Assembly (NCBI GenBank): GCA_045592105.1
Contig: JAZNUB010000069.1
Location: 28,141 to 92,140 of the forward strand
DNA: 64,000 nt
Origin: Eubacteriales bacterium
GTDB taxonomy: Bacteria > Bacillota > Clostridia > Oscillospirales > CAG-382
Reading direction: 5' to 3'
In this document: piece by piece, positions 18,777 through 27,997 of the stretch
Position numbering within the stretch: the stretch's first letter is position 1
How the letters are laid out: every line of letters starts with the position of its first letter
Notes under the pieces: generated by a model
Databases searched by the model: none
The model's input: only the letters and a program-made list of their open reading frames with translations
What the model was told of the DNA's origin: nothing
Program-made: the position numbers and the translations under genes

Positions 18777-19358
18777 TCATTTTGATAGGTTGAAATAATC
18801 TTCTGCTGTTATACCATAATAGCTGAAGCTTTTGTATTCCTCTTTAATAAGCAAAGCGTTTCGCAAAGTGCCCTCGTATTTCATGCCAATATCAAGGGCA
18901 AGCTTTTCGGAGGCGGTGTTGCCAACAAGTATTCTTGCTTCTATTCTGTTAAGCCCAAGCTTTTCAAACCCTGTATATAAAACCGCCCTTGCCGCTTCGC
19001 GCATATAGCCTTTTTTGCGGTGTAAGTGGGAAAGAACGTATCCAAGCTCGCCCTTGTTATTTCTTGTGTCGATGTTTGCAAACCCACAGGTTCCAATAAG
19101 CTCATCATTTTCTTTTAACGCAACACCCCAATCCGTGCAGCGCCCTTTGCGGTATTCCTTTAGTAAATATTCTATATGTCCTTTTGTTTCGTCCAAATTA
19201 AGGTGCGGCGACCACATAAGGTATCTCGACACTTCTTCCTCGCGGGAGTAAGTGTACATATCATATAAATCCTTTTCGGAAATTTTGCGCAGTACAAGCC
19301 TGTTTGTTTCAATGCGTGGCAAATCCGTAAATAGTTTGCGGTATTTTTTGTCGTCCAA
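18777..19358 (-). CDS. GNAT family N-acetyltransferase (RimJ/RimL-like)
   Basis: RLVLRKISEKDLYDMY, IGTCGF, HRKKGYMREAA and NRIEARI..N..S..L patterns. TTG start sits about 7 nt after GAGGTG. Confidence 0.8.
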   Translation of the reverse strand: MDDKKYRKLFTDLPRIETNRLVLRKISEKDLYDMYTYSREEEVSRYLMWSPHLNLDETKGHIEYLLKEYRKGRCTDWGVALKENDELIGTCGFANIDTRNNKGELGYVLSHLHRKKGYMREAARAVLYTGFEKLGLNRIEARILVGNTASEKLALDIGMKYEGTLRNALLIKEEYKSFSYYGITAEDYFNLSK

Positions 19359-19441
19359 AACATCTCACCTCTTGATTAGTATAATACTAAGATTATCAAA
19401 ATGCAACACAGTATCTTGTTATTAAATTTGAAAAAATCTTA

Positions 19442-19470
19442 TTGACATATACAAGATTATGGTGTAAAAT
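19442..19470 (+). promoter_or_regulatory. Sigma-A type promoter (TTGACA-17-TAAAAT)
   Basis: TTGACA 19442-19447, 17-nt spacer ending in TG, TAAAAT 19465-19470. Confidence 0.6.
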
Positions 19471-19519
19471 ACAGTAAGCGCGTTATTATGGCATTTAGTT
19501 TTGGAGGGGTGTCTTTCAC

Positions 19520-21868
19520 ATGAAAAAGAATAACAAATTAAAGAAAATCGTTATTATTGTTCTCATTGTTGCTTTGGTTGCAGGCGTTGTTGCCTTTGTG
19601 TTGGGCCGCAATGACGATGCTGATGAAATCACGCTTGTTGATATACCGATTATCACATATTTCGGTGTTACAAACAGCTCTACAACACCTGAGGATATCA
19701 TCGCTGTTGAAAGAGACCTTAATAATGTACTTATCACCGATGGCTATGCAGTGAAGCTGTTCCTCGCACCTGAGGAAAGGTATGAAACCATGATTTCTTC
19801 CGCAAAAACCATGATGGATGCGTACATGGAAAACAACAAAAAAACTTCAAGCGAGAAGCTTGGCTTTGAATATAAGTTTGATTATGCAACTTCTACCTTT
19901 GAGTTTAAGTGTGATGCAGATGCCAAAACGCCCGCTGTTGTTTATAATCAGGACACTATTATAGAAATGCTTGATGACGGCAAGGAAATTTATCCTAACG
20001 TTCCTTCTATCGACGTAATGCTTGTTACTGATTATGACAATTATTTTGAAATGGCGCAAAACGGTGAGTTTACAAGGCTTAACAGTTCTCTTACCGATAT
20101 TGCAAAATCCTTGAAGCAATCCATCCCCAACGCTTTCTTTGAGGCATTAAAGCTTAACAATAGCGGCGATATATACGGCGTTCCCAGCGTTCAGGTTGTT
20201 GGCGAATACGAGTTTATGGTTTACGATAAGGATCTGCTTACAAAATACAATGTTTCTAAAAACCAGCTTTTGTCTGTTGAAGATCTTGATTCCTACCTTA
20301 AAACAGTTGCCAATGATGCAGAGGTTGACGTTATTCCTTTGCTAAACGCTCCTCAGTCTTCTCCGTTGGAGCTTTCTGATGGCAAATCCATTGGTATAAC
20401 CTTCAACGGCGCGCTTGACCTTCCTTTTAGAAATGACGATTATATGGCCTATTATGCAACTATCGCTCGTTACCGTTCTCTCGGCTATATGGGCGAGGTT
20501 GGTGCAGATATCGAAAGCTCTGATTTTGCCGTTGCTTTCTTCTCCGGTACCGAAGATGAGGTAAAGGCTCTTGCTGAAAAGACAGGCAAGAACTTGGTAT
20601 ACAACAAGTTCTCTATGCCTTACGCTACCAGCACCGAAGTTGGTGCGGCTGTTTTCTGCATCTGTGCTGAGAAGAAGTATTCTGTTAGCAAGTCTGATTT
20701 CGGTATAGACTTTGTTTGTAAGCTTAATGCGCCTAAGAGCCAAACGGATATTAAAAATATTCTTCTTTACGGTGCTTTAGGTATAAATTACGCTATTTCC
20801 GAAACCGACGGCAACGTTGAATATGCAAACGGCAATACATACAGCATGGAGAACCTTTATACCGGTCATACTCTCCACGCGCATCACGCTGTTGATAAGG
20901 GCGTTAATGCTGAATGGATAGCAAGTGCTCAAGCTCATAATCTTGACCTTGTTGTATCCAAGCTTTCCGGCTTTAAGTTTGAAACCAACGTTTATTCCGT
21001 TGACGGTTTGAACGGTGAATCTTTTAGAATAGCTGGTCCCGATTATCTTGCAGTTATGGATAACATCGTAAGCAGCATATATTCCGATTATATTAACGGT
21101 ATATCCGGCGCTGTTGACCTTGATGATTTCAACGCTCGCGTTGATGACCTTATCCGTGCAGACATTGCTAACGAGGTTCAAAAACTGTTTGAGGCTTCCG
21201 AGGAAAAGAGGATGTCTGTAACTTTCGAAGAACAGATCCGTGCAGACGAAGCTTGGATGGCTACAAAAACCGAAGAAGCTGCAAGCTCCTCTTTGTTTGA
21301 CCTTAAGGAAACCGTTAAGGCAGAGCTTACTGCTGAGCTTACCGTTATGTATAACAGCTTGGGCGTTACCGATGCTGAAGAAATAGCAACTCGTCTTAAT
21401 AAGGACATTACTGATGAGCTTATTGAAGAACGCTTGAACAAGAATTATACAGAGCAGGAAATCAAAGAAGCTGCAGAAGCTAAGCTTAACAGCTATATTG
21501 CGGGCGAGATTGCCGTTAAAATAGCTGAGTATAGAAGAACTGAGGCTTACGCTGCTACTGTAAACGCATATATTAACTCTGCTGAGTTTAATGCTATAGT
21601 TGCTGAACGCTTTGAAGACGAACGCGATGAAGCATACTTTGAAGTGTTGGACAGCGAAATTGAAGACAAGCTTTTCACATTCAGCGAAGAGATAGTTACA
21701 AAGATAGACGCTGCAATTATTGAAGCTAACGCTAAGTTTATCGCTGATAATAAGGACAAGGTTTCCGAAAAAGAGCTTTCCGAGATTACTCTTTGCGCAG
21801 GCTTTAGCGAGCTTTTGGATAATATGCTTAGATCGCAGTATTACGACCTTAAGGGCGAACCTAAATAA
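19520..21868 (+). CDS. Membrane-anchored extracellular protein, solute-binding-protein-like N-terminal half plus long acidic helical C-terminal half (hypothetical)
   Basis: N-terminal anchor KKIVIIVLIVALVAGVVAFVLG. The region 150-330 resembles family-1 extracellular solute-binding lipoproteins. The last ~280 aa are Glu/Ala/Lys-rich and predicted helical. No partner permease is adjacent. Confidence 0.6.
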   Translation: MKKNNKLKKIVIIVLIVALVAGVVAFVLGRNDDADEITLVDIPIITYFGVTNSSTTPEDIIAVERDLNNVLITDGYAVKLFLAPEERYETMISSAKTMMDAYMENNKKTSSEKLGFEYKFDYATSTFEFKCDADAKTPAVVYNQDTIIEMLDDGKEIYPNVPSIDVMLVTDYDNYFEMAQNGEFTRLNSSLTDIAKSLKQSIPNAFFEALKLNNSGDIYGVPSVQVVGEYEFMVYDKDLLTKYNVSKNQLLSVEDLDSYLKTVANDAEVDVIPLLNAPQSSPLELSDGKSIGITFNGALDLPFRNDDYMAYYATIARYRSLGYMGEVGADIESSDFAVAFFSGTEDEVKALAEKTGKNLVYNKFSMPYATSTEVGAAVFCICAEKKYSVSKSDFGIDFVCKLNAPKSQTDIKNILLYGALGINYAISETDGNVEYANGNTYSMENLYTGHTLHAHHAVDKGVNAEWIASAQAHNLDLVVSKLSGFKFETNVYSVDGLNGESFRIAGPDYLAVMDNIVSSIYSDYINGISGAVDLDDFNARVDDLIRADIANEVQKLFEASEEKRMSVTFEEQIRADEAWMATKTEEAASSSLFDLKETVKAELTAELTVMYNSLGVTDAEEIATRLNKDITDELIEERLNKNYTEQEIKEAAEAKLNSYIAGEIAVKIAEYRRTEAYAATVNAYINSAEFNAIVAERFEDERDEAYFEVLDSEIEDKLFTFSEEIVTKIDAAIIEANAKFIADNKDKVSEKELSEITLCAGFSELLDNMLRSQYYDLKGEPK

Positions 21869-21884
21869 AGCTATTACTTGATAG

Positions 21885-21918
21885 AAGCGCAAGCTCTTAA
21901 TACGGGCTTGCGCTTTTT
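21885..21918 (+). terminator. Rho-independent terminator (possibly leaky)
   Basis: GCGCAAGC / GCTTGCGC stem followed by TTTTT. The next gene starts 22 nt later with no visible promoter. Confidence 0.6.
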
Positions 21919-21939
21919 ATAACAATTACGGAGGATTTT

Positions 21940-22839
21940 ATGTTTGCTGATGCTATTGAAAGGGTAGGAGAGTATACCCGCCCACTGATATATATATTTA
22001 GAAACTATGGCGAAACCGTTGTTACTCCGGGGTCTGCAACGATGTTTTTCGTGAACGAGGAGGGCTGTGCCGTTACTTGCAGGCACGTTGCGGAAACGAT
22101 ACTTGCATCCCATAATGTTAACAACAAATATGCACAGTTTAAAAAAGCCAAAGCCCAGCTTGTTAATGAAAAAAACAGAATGCAGATGCTAAAAAAGTTA
22201 GAGCTTGAGTATGGATATAAAAAAGGCGTTACGGTTAATATGAAATGCAACTTTAAAGGCTGTGTTTTTCCTGTTAAAGAGATTACTTGCCACATCCATA
22301 AGCATTATGACCTTGCAATAGTTCGCTTCAAGGGCTTTGAAAAGCGTATGTATAACGATTATGCAATTTTTGCCGACAATGCTGATACCTTGCGTCCCGG
22401 TCAAAGCCTTTGCCGTGTTGGGTTCCCGTTTCCTGAGTTTACTAATTCAATTTATAACGGTATTACCGACGATATCGAGTGGGGCGACGTTTCTAATATA
22501 AATACCCCCCGTTTTCCGATAGACGGTATGGTTACACGGCACGTTGCAAAGGACGGAAAAATTTGCGGCGTAGAGCTAAGCACCCCCGGGCTTAAAGGGC
22601 AAAGCGGTGGGCCTTTGTTCGATAAAAACGGTGTGGTTTACGGCATGCAGTACGAAACGCGCCATTTAAACTTAGGGTTTAGGTTTGATGAAAGCGGAAC
22701 GCCGATAAAGGATGCAAACAAAAACGGTACCTCGCAAGCTTTTTTGCACGTTGGTCATTGCCTTAGCGCAGAGATAATTAAAGCGTTTTTAAAAGATAAC
22801 GGTGTAAAGTTTTATACCGAAACGGGCGTTGTTGAATAA
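21940..22839 (+). CDS. Trypsin-like (S1/S1C-type) serine peptidase, no signal peptide
   Basis: Catalytic triad context TCRHV (His), HYDLAIVRF (Asp), GQSGGPLF (Ser). No N-terminal hydrophobic leader. Confidence 0.75.
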   Translation: MFADAIERVGEYTRPLIYIFRNYGETVVTPGSATMFFVNEEGCAVTCRHVAETILASHNVNNKYAQFKKAKAQLVNEKNRMQMLKKLELEYGYKKGVTVNMKCNFKGCVFPVKEITCHIHKHYDLAIVRFKGFEKRMYNDYAIFADNADTLRPGQSLCRVGFPFPEFTNSIYNGITDDIEWGDVSNINTPRFPIDGMVTRHVAKDGKICGVELSTPGLKGQSGGPLFDKNGVVYGMQYETRHLNLGFRFDESGTPIKDANKNGTSQAFLHVGHCLSAEIIKAFLKDNGVKFYTETGVVE

Positions 22840-22913
22840 TATGATAAAACTTTAAATTAGTATATAGTTTAACATCGGATGTAAATATTTTGTTATTTTA
22901 CATAAAAATAGAG

Positions 22914-22942
22914 TTGACAATTATACGGTTTTATTATAAAAT
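22914..22942 (+). promoter_or_regulatory. Sigma-A type promoter (TTGACA-17-TAAAAT)
   Basis: TTGACA 22914-22919, 17-nt spacer, TAAAAT 22937-22942. Confidence 0.6.
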
Positions 22943-23003
22943 GCTATTAAGACAATGCAAAGCGTGTGCCTTTGCAAATTTATTTAACTAAGGAGAGAAG
23001 AAT

Positions 23004-25397
23004 ATGAAGAAACGTTTAGCTTGCTTATTGCTTGTTATCGTGCTTGTTGTTACCTCCGTTTGCGTTGCAGTTCCCGCTGTTGCTATAAGCGATGCGGAAT
23101 TCGTTGCGCCGGTTATAACAATACCCGAAACGCTTGTTGTTCCCGACAACGATATGTTGACGAATAATGTTACTTACTATCTTGCAGAAGGCTCCAGGTG
23201 GGAACAGCTTGTTACTGCGGACTTTATGGCTGAGGGCTTTAAAAGCCGCGGTACATATAACTATCAAAAGTACATAGTTGTTCATAACACAGGTGCTTAT
23301 CCTGTTTCTTCTACCGCACTTGCTAACCATACATACGGTAAAACTACCGATGCAGAGGTTTCTTGGCACTTCACTTGCGGTAACGACGGTATTTATCAGA
23401 TGATACCCGTTAACGAAAAGGGTTGGCACGCAGGCGGTAACTATTGGGGTACTGATGATGTTGAAATTAAGCTTAACATGGGCTGGGTTCAAGATGCTTC
23501 TAACAGCACCGGTATCGGTATTGAAACTGCAACCCCCGGCTTCCCTGCAGACAGTACCTCTAGCGGTGAACATTGGGATAGCGAAGAGATGTATGAGTGG
23601 TATGAAAATACCTATGACAGCACTGCAACCTATCTTGCAGAGCTTGTAGCATCCCTTTGCGTTCGTCTTAATTTTAACCCCTACACCCAGATAGTACAGC
23701 ATTTCAATACCGCAAATAAAAATTGCCCTATTCAGATGCGCTATGTATTTGGTACAAACGCTCAGTTTACTACCTACGGTACATATTACAAGGTATTCCT
23801 TGACAGAATGTATGACTATTATGAAGCGTTTGGTGGCTCCTATGTATCTACCGATACGTTAAAGAACACTTATTATAACCCCAGCTCTATTGTATATAAC
23901 AAGGGTCTTTATAAGGCAAATGCAGAAACCACAGTTTACCGTGCAGGTAACACCACCACAGGTGCTGTTGGTACCGTTGATGCTAACACCGTTGTTGATG
24001 TTAAGGTTGTTGGTTTTGATTGGGGTAAGATCACCCTTGCTAACGGTACTGAAGGCTGGGTTAAGCTTGATGCTTTTACATACGTTACCGATGATTATGA
24101 TTATGGTACATATAGAACAGAGGGCGGCGAAATAATTGAGATAACCGCTATTGACGGTACTACAGGCACCTATGCCGGCGGCACAGTTGATATGACTAAG
24201 GTCACAAGAGTTTACAAGGTTGAAGTTGAAAACGATACCGAGTTTGGCTCTGAGCCCAAATATTTCGCTTCCGGCGAATCTTTCTCTGTAACAGCAGTTG
24301 CTCCTGTTGCTCCTCTTCTTTACGACATTTGGGAAACCACCGATGGCGTTGCGAAGATAGAGAACAAGGAAGCAGAAAAAACAACCGTTACCGTTCTTAA
24401 CTCCGATATTAAGCTTAAAGCTACCTATCGTGACAAGTATTTCCTCTCTGTAGAATACGGTGTTGGTTCCGGTAAGTATGACGTTGGTGACGAGGTTACC
24501 GTTACCGCAAGAGCAAGAGTTGGTTATACCTTCACAAATTGGTCTGTTGTAAGCGGTGAGGGCACCTTTACGGATGCAAATGCTGCTACCACTAAGTTTG
24601 TAATGGGTCAGGACGATACCGTTATTACGGCAAATTATCAGATATCTAAGGATATTGACCTTTCCGGTCTTACAAACTTTGCACTTAACCAAAGCTATAC
24701 CTTTAAGTGGAGAGATGCAACGGGAGATGGCATAGAATGGCGTGGCAGTTTGAAGGACCTTGAGCTTAAGAAGCTAACTGATGGTAAGATTGCCACTTCC
24801 GGCTTTTCCGAAATACCAAGCCTTTATGTTGGTGTTATGGGCACTAATGGTATGGCAGAGGTTGTAGTAAACCTTAGCGAAGCAAAGAAGATTAATAAGG
24901 TTGTGCTTCGTGATATTGCTGATAACGGTGGCTCTTTTGCTGATCTTATCAGCACGTCGATTGCTGTTTCTATATCTGATGACGGCGTTGAATATACGCC
25001 TGTTGAAGGCCTTGTTGATACGCTTTACTTCTCTTACAAGGTTGGCGAAGACGGCTCTGTAACTCAGTTTACTAACCTATACACACACTCTATAGACTTT
25101 GCGCAGATAAGTGCTAAGTTCGTTAAGATAAGATTCCAATCCAGTAAGTACCTTATGACGATTACCGAAGTTGAGGTTTACGGCCCCACTGTACAGGGTG
25201 ACGAGCCTGTTGTAGAGCTTGGTGATGCTAACGGTGACGGTGAGATAGATAATCTTGATGCTGCTGCAGTTCTTAAGTATGATGCAGGTGAGATTGATGA
25301 AATCAGCAACTGTGACGTTAACAACGACGGTGAGATAGACAATCTTGATGCTGCTCTTATCCTTAAATACGATGCGGGCATTATTGATAAGTTTTAG
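23004..25397 (+). CDS. Secreted N-acetylmuramoyl-L-alanine amidase (amidase_2/PGRP-type) with SH3-like, Listeria-Bacteroides repeat, F5/8-type-C-like and C-terminal dockerin modules
   Basis: Signal peptide. YIVVHNTGAYP...WHAGG...NCPIQMR at nt ~23270-23740. SH3-like TVYRAG...GWVKLDAF. Two repeats ending TNWSVV...VITANY. A discoidin-like block ending ITEVEVYG. Dockerin GDANGDGEIDNLDAAAVLKYDAG / DVNNDGEIDNLDAALILKYDAG at nt 25221-25394. Confidence 0.85.
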   Translation: MKKRLACLLLVIVLVVTSVCVAVPAVAISDAEFVAPVITIPETLVVPDNDMLTNNVTYYLAEGSRWEQLVTADFMAEGFKSRGTYNYQKYIVVHNTGAYPVSSTALANHTYGKTTDAEVSWHFTCGNDGIYQMIPVNEKGWHAGGNYWGTDDVEIKLNMGWVQDASNSTGIGIETATPGFPADSTSSGEHWDSEEMYEWYENTYDSTATYLAELVASLCVRLNFNPYTQIVQHFNTANKNCPIQMRYVFGTNAQFTTYGTYYKVFLDRMYDYYEAFGGSYVSTDTLKNTYYNPSSIVYNKGLYKANAETTVYRAGNTTTGAVGTVDANTVVDVKVVGFDWGKITLANGTEGWVKLDAFTYVTDDYDYGTYRTEGGEIIEITAIDGTTGTYAGGTVDMTKVTRVYKVEVENDTEFGSEPKYFASGESFSVTAVAPVAPLLYDIWETTDGVAKIENKEAEKTTVTVLNSDIKLKATYRDKYFLSVEYGVGSGKYDVGDEVTVTARARVGYTFTNWSVVSGEGTFTDANAATTKFVMGQDDTVITANYQISKDIDLSGLTNFALNQSYTFKWRDATGDGIEWRGSLKDLELKKLTDGKIATSGFSEIPSLYVGVMGTNGMAEVVVNLSEAKKINKVVLRDIADNGGSFADLISTSIAVSISDDGVEYTPVEGLVDTLYFSYKVGEDGSVTQFTNLYTHSIDFAQISAKFVKIRFQSSKYLMTITEVEVYGPTVQGDEPVVELGDANGDGEIDNLDAAAVLKYDAGEIDEISNCDVNNDGEIDNLDAALILKYDAGIIDKF

Positions 25398-25515
25398 TTT
25401 TTAATGGCTTCTAAAATCCTTTGTATTATGTAAATACATAAAGTGAATATAGAACAAAAAGACGATTTTGAAAGAAACCGTCTTTTTGTTCGTCTATAAG
25501 AATTGGGTGATTGAT

Positions 25516-26088
25516 ATGATAAGTTTGCGTGAAATGGAGAAAAAACTGTTATCAGGGCATATAGGCAACGGCAATGTTGTTGCGGATTTTACTATTGGTA
25601 ACGGCAACGATACGCTGTGGTTAGCAAAGCGCGTGGGCGAAAACGGATTTGTTTACGGCTTTGATATACAACAGCAGGCTGTTGATAATACTAAAGCTTT
25701 GCTTGCGGAAAACGGCGTTGAGGATAGGTGTAATATTATCTGTGACAGCCATCATAAGCTACTTGAATATATAAAAACGCCTATCAATGCAGGTGTTTTC
25801 AACCTTGGTTTTTTACCCGGTGGCGATAAAGGTATAACAACCTTGCGAGAAACTACCATACCCGCAATAAAGGATGCGATATCTTTGGTTAAGGCAGGCG
25901 GCTGCTTGCTTATAGCCGTTTATCCGGGGCATGAAGAAGGGCGGCTTGAAGGCGATATGATATGCGATATGCTTTCAAAGTATCAGCAAAAGCACCTTTC
26001 GGCGTACCGTTTTTGCGTTCTTAACGCGCCAACCTCGCCTTACTTTATTTTTATTGAAATCAGCCCTAAATACAAAGGGGAGGTATAG
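25516..26088 (+). CDS. Class I SAM-dependent methyltransferase (putative rRNA-methylase family, YtqB/MnmM-like)
   Basis: VADFTIGNGNDTLWLAK and VYGFDIQ..A motifs, about 190 aa. Start set to ATG 25516 (MISLREM). Confidence 0.7.
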   Translation: MISLREMEKKLLSGHIGNGNVVADFTIGNGNDTLWLAKRVGENGFVYGFDIQQQAVDNTKALLAENGVEDRCNIICDSHHKLLEYIKTPINAGVFNLGFLPGGDKGITTLRETTIPAIKDAISLVKAGGCLLIAVYPGHEEGRLEGDMICDMLSKYQQKHLSAYRFCVLNAPTSPYFIFIEISPKYKGEV

Positions 26089-26092
26089 CTTT

Positions 26093-26752
26093 ATGGAAGC
26101 GTTGACCCATTGTAAGCTGTTTGAGGGGATACCGCTTGCGCGCATTTTGTTGATAAAAAGCAAAATAGGTGCAATAGAATTTGGCTGCGGTAACGGCGAG
26201 GTGATAATACACCAAGGAGAAAGCACGGAAAAGCTTGGCGTTGTATTATCTGGCGAGATAGAGGCTGTTCATTATCGTTCTGACGGTACGTATACCGTTA
26301 TTTCGGTGCTTGGCGAAGGGGAAGTGTTTGCGGATTTCCTTGCCGCTGACGATACCGCGCACAGCCCCGCAACCGTTTCTGCACGCGGCGCGTGCCGTGT
26401 GTTGCTGATACCGTTTGCGGCACTGTTTTCAAGCCTTGATGGTTTTGAAGCGGAGCAACGGGTAATCCTTGCCAACCTTTCAAAAATTTATGCAGAAAAA
26501 TATTTTGAGCTTAAAGACAGGCTCGTTTGCATTTCTGCCACCACGTTGAGGGGGAAGCTTACAAATTATTTATATCTTATGAGCGAAAGAGCAGGAAGCG
26601 ATACATTTACCATACCTTTTGACAGGGACGGATTGGCGGGCTATCTTAATGCAGACCGTTCCGCACTTTCACGCGAGCTTGCGAAAATGAAAAAAGATGG
26701 GCTTATTGAATATTATAAAAACAGCTTTAAATTAAGAAACGGCAAAAAATGA
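26093..26752 (+). CDS. Crp/Fnr family transcriptional regulator
   Basis: N-terminal cNMP-binding beta-roll (LF.G......, GE.FA) and a C-terminal HTH (R..LAGYLNADRSALSRELAKMKKDGLI). AAAGGGGAGG RBS. Confidence 0.85.
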   Translation: MEALTHCKLFEGIPLARILLIKSKIGAIEFGCGNGEVIIHQGESTEKLGVVLSGEIEAVHYRSDGTYTVISVLGEGEVFADFLAADDTAHSPATVSARGACRVLLIPFAALFSSLDGFEAEQRVILANLSKIYAEKYFELKDRLVCISATTLRGKLTNYLYLMSERAGSDTFTIPFDRDGLAGYLNADRSALSRELAKMKKDGLIEYYKNSFKLRNGKK

Positions 26753-26770
26753 TAAAATAGATATATTTGC

Positions 26771-26799
26771 TTGACAAATTATGTTTGTTTCGGTATAAT
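26771..26799 (+). promoter_or_regulatory. Sigma-A type promoter (TTGACA-17-TATAAT)
   Basis: Perfect consensus hexamers with a 17-nt spacer, about 55 nt upstream of oadB. Confidence 0.7.
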
Positions 26800-26853
26800 C
26801 CTTTTAGAATTATAAGGAGGATGCAGCAGATATTCTGTTGCTGATTTTATGTA

Positions 26854-27996
26854 ATGGAGTTTTTAAAAGAGCTTTCTGTTTTGTTTGAACACTTTGGCTT
26901 TTTTGCCGATAATTGGCAGTCTGTTATCATGTGGGTTATCGGTGCGGTTCTAATCTACCTTGCTATTAAGAAGGAGATGGAGCCCACACTGTTACTTCCC
27001 ATGGGCTTTGGTGCAATACTTATGAATCTTCCTGCCGTTGAGGGTATGGAAGGCGTTGGTGAAGTGCTGGGCACTTTGTATAACGCAGGTATTAAGAACG
27101 AGCTGTTCCCGTTGCTTCTCTTCATCGGTATAGGCGCAATGATAGATTTTGGCCCGTTGCTTTCCAACCCCAAAATGCTTCTTTTTGGTGCAGCGGCTCA
27201 GTTTGGTATATTCTTCACCTATTTTGTAGCATCCTTTTTCTTCGATATACCCGATGCGGCTTCTATCGGTATTATCGGTGCTGCAGATGGCCCTACCGCG
27301 ATAGTTGTTGCTCAACAGCTTGGCTCTAAATATGCAGGGCCTATAACGGTTGCCGCATACTCGTATATGGCGCTTGTTCCTATTATCCAACCGCCTGTTA
27401 TCCGTCTTATAACAACGAGAAAAGAGCGTCTTATAAGAATGGAATATAAGCCTGCGGCTGTTTCTAAAACAACGCGTATTCTTTTCCCCATAGTTATTAC
27501 CGTAATTGCGGGCTTGTTTGCACCCGCTTCCGTAGCACTTGTTGGCTTCTTAATGTTTGGTAACCTTATCAGAGAGTGCGGCGTTTTAGATAATCTTTCT
27601 CAAACGGCACAAAAGGAGCTTGCAAACCTTATTACCTTGATACTTGGTATTTCTATCGCTTTCCAGATGAATGCCGATAAGTTCCTTAAGGTTGATACTC
27701 TCCTTATTATGGGTCTTGGCTTGTTTGCATTTGTGTTTGATACCGTTGGCGGCGTTATGCTTGCTAAGGTGATGAACCTGTTCTCCAAGAAGAAGGTAAA
27801 CCCCATGGTTGGTGCTGCAGGTATATCTGCTTTCCCCATGTCTTCCAGAGTAATACACAAGATGGGCTTGAAGGAAGATCCTCAAAACTTCCTGCTTATG
27901 CACTCCACCGCGGCTAACGTTTCCGGTCAGATAGCTTCCGTTATTGCGGGCGGCTTAATCCTTGGCTTGGTTCAAAAATTCCTTGGAGGTGCGTAA
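26854..27996 (+). CDS. oadB: Sodium ion-translocating decarboxylase, beta subunit
   Basis: AIKKEMEPTLLLPMGFGAILMN, GIIGAADGPTAI and NPMVGAAGISAFPMS are characteristic of OadB/GcdB/MmdB. Confidence 0.88.
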   Translation: MEFLKELSVLFEHFGFFADNWQSVIMWVIGAVLIYLAIKKEMEPTLLLPMGFGAILMNLPAVEGMEGVGEVLGTLYNAGIKNELFPLLLFIGIGAMIDFGPLLSNPKMLLFGAAAQFGIFFTYFVASFFFDIPDAASIGIIGAADGPTAIVVAQQLGSKYAGPITVAAYSYMALVPIIQPPVIRLITTRKERLIRMEYKPAAVSKTTRILFPIVITVIAGLFAPASVALVGFLMFGNLIRECGVLDNLSQTAQKELANLITLILGISIAFQMNADKFLKVDTLLIMGLGLFAFVFDTVGGVMLAKVMNLFSKKKVNPMVGAAGISAFPMSSRVIHKMGLKEDPQNFLLMHSTAANVSGQIASVIAGGLILGLVQKFLGGA

Positions 27997-27997
27997 A

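Noticed and set aside
20777-21892. 371-aa minus-strand ORF opposite the 782-aa membrane-anchored protein
   Set aside because: This is an antisense shadow ORF. It is low-complexity and Phe/Ser/Asn/Cys-rich, has no start context, and crosses the terminator at 21885-21918.
23025-24692. 225-aa and 277-aa minus-strand ORFs opposite the amidase gene
   Set aside because: Both are antisense to a gene with clear signal peptide, amidase and dockerin motifs. They contain no recognisable motifs of their own.
26814-26844. Mini-ORF MQQIFCC directly after AAGGAGG in the oadB leader
   Set aside because: The SD abuts the ATG with zero spacing, so initiation is unlikely. The segment more plausibly just forms the hairpin GCAGCAG-ATATT-CTGTTGC in the leader. 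Any leader-peptide role is unsupported.
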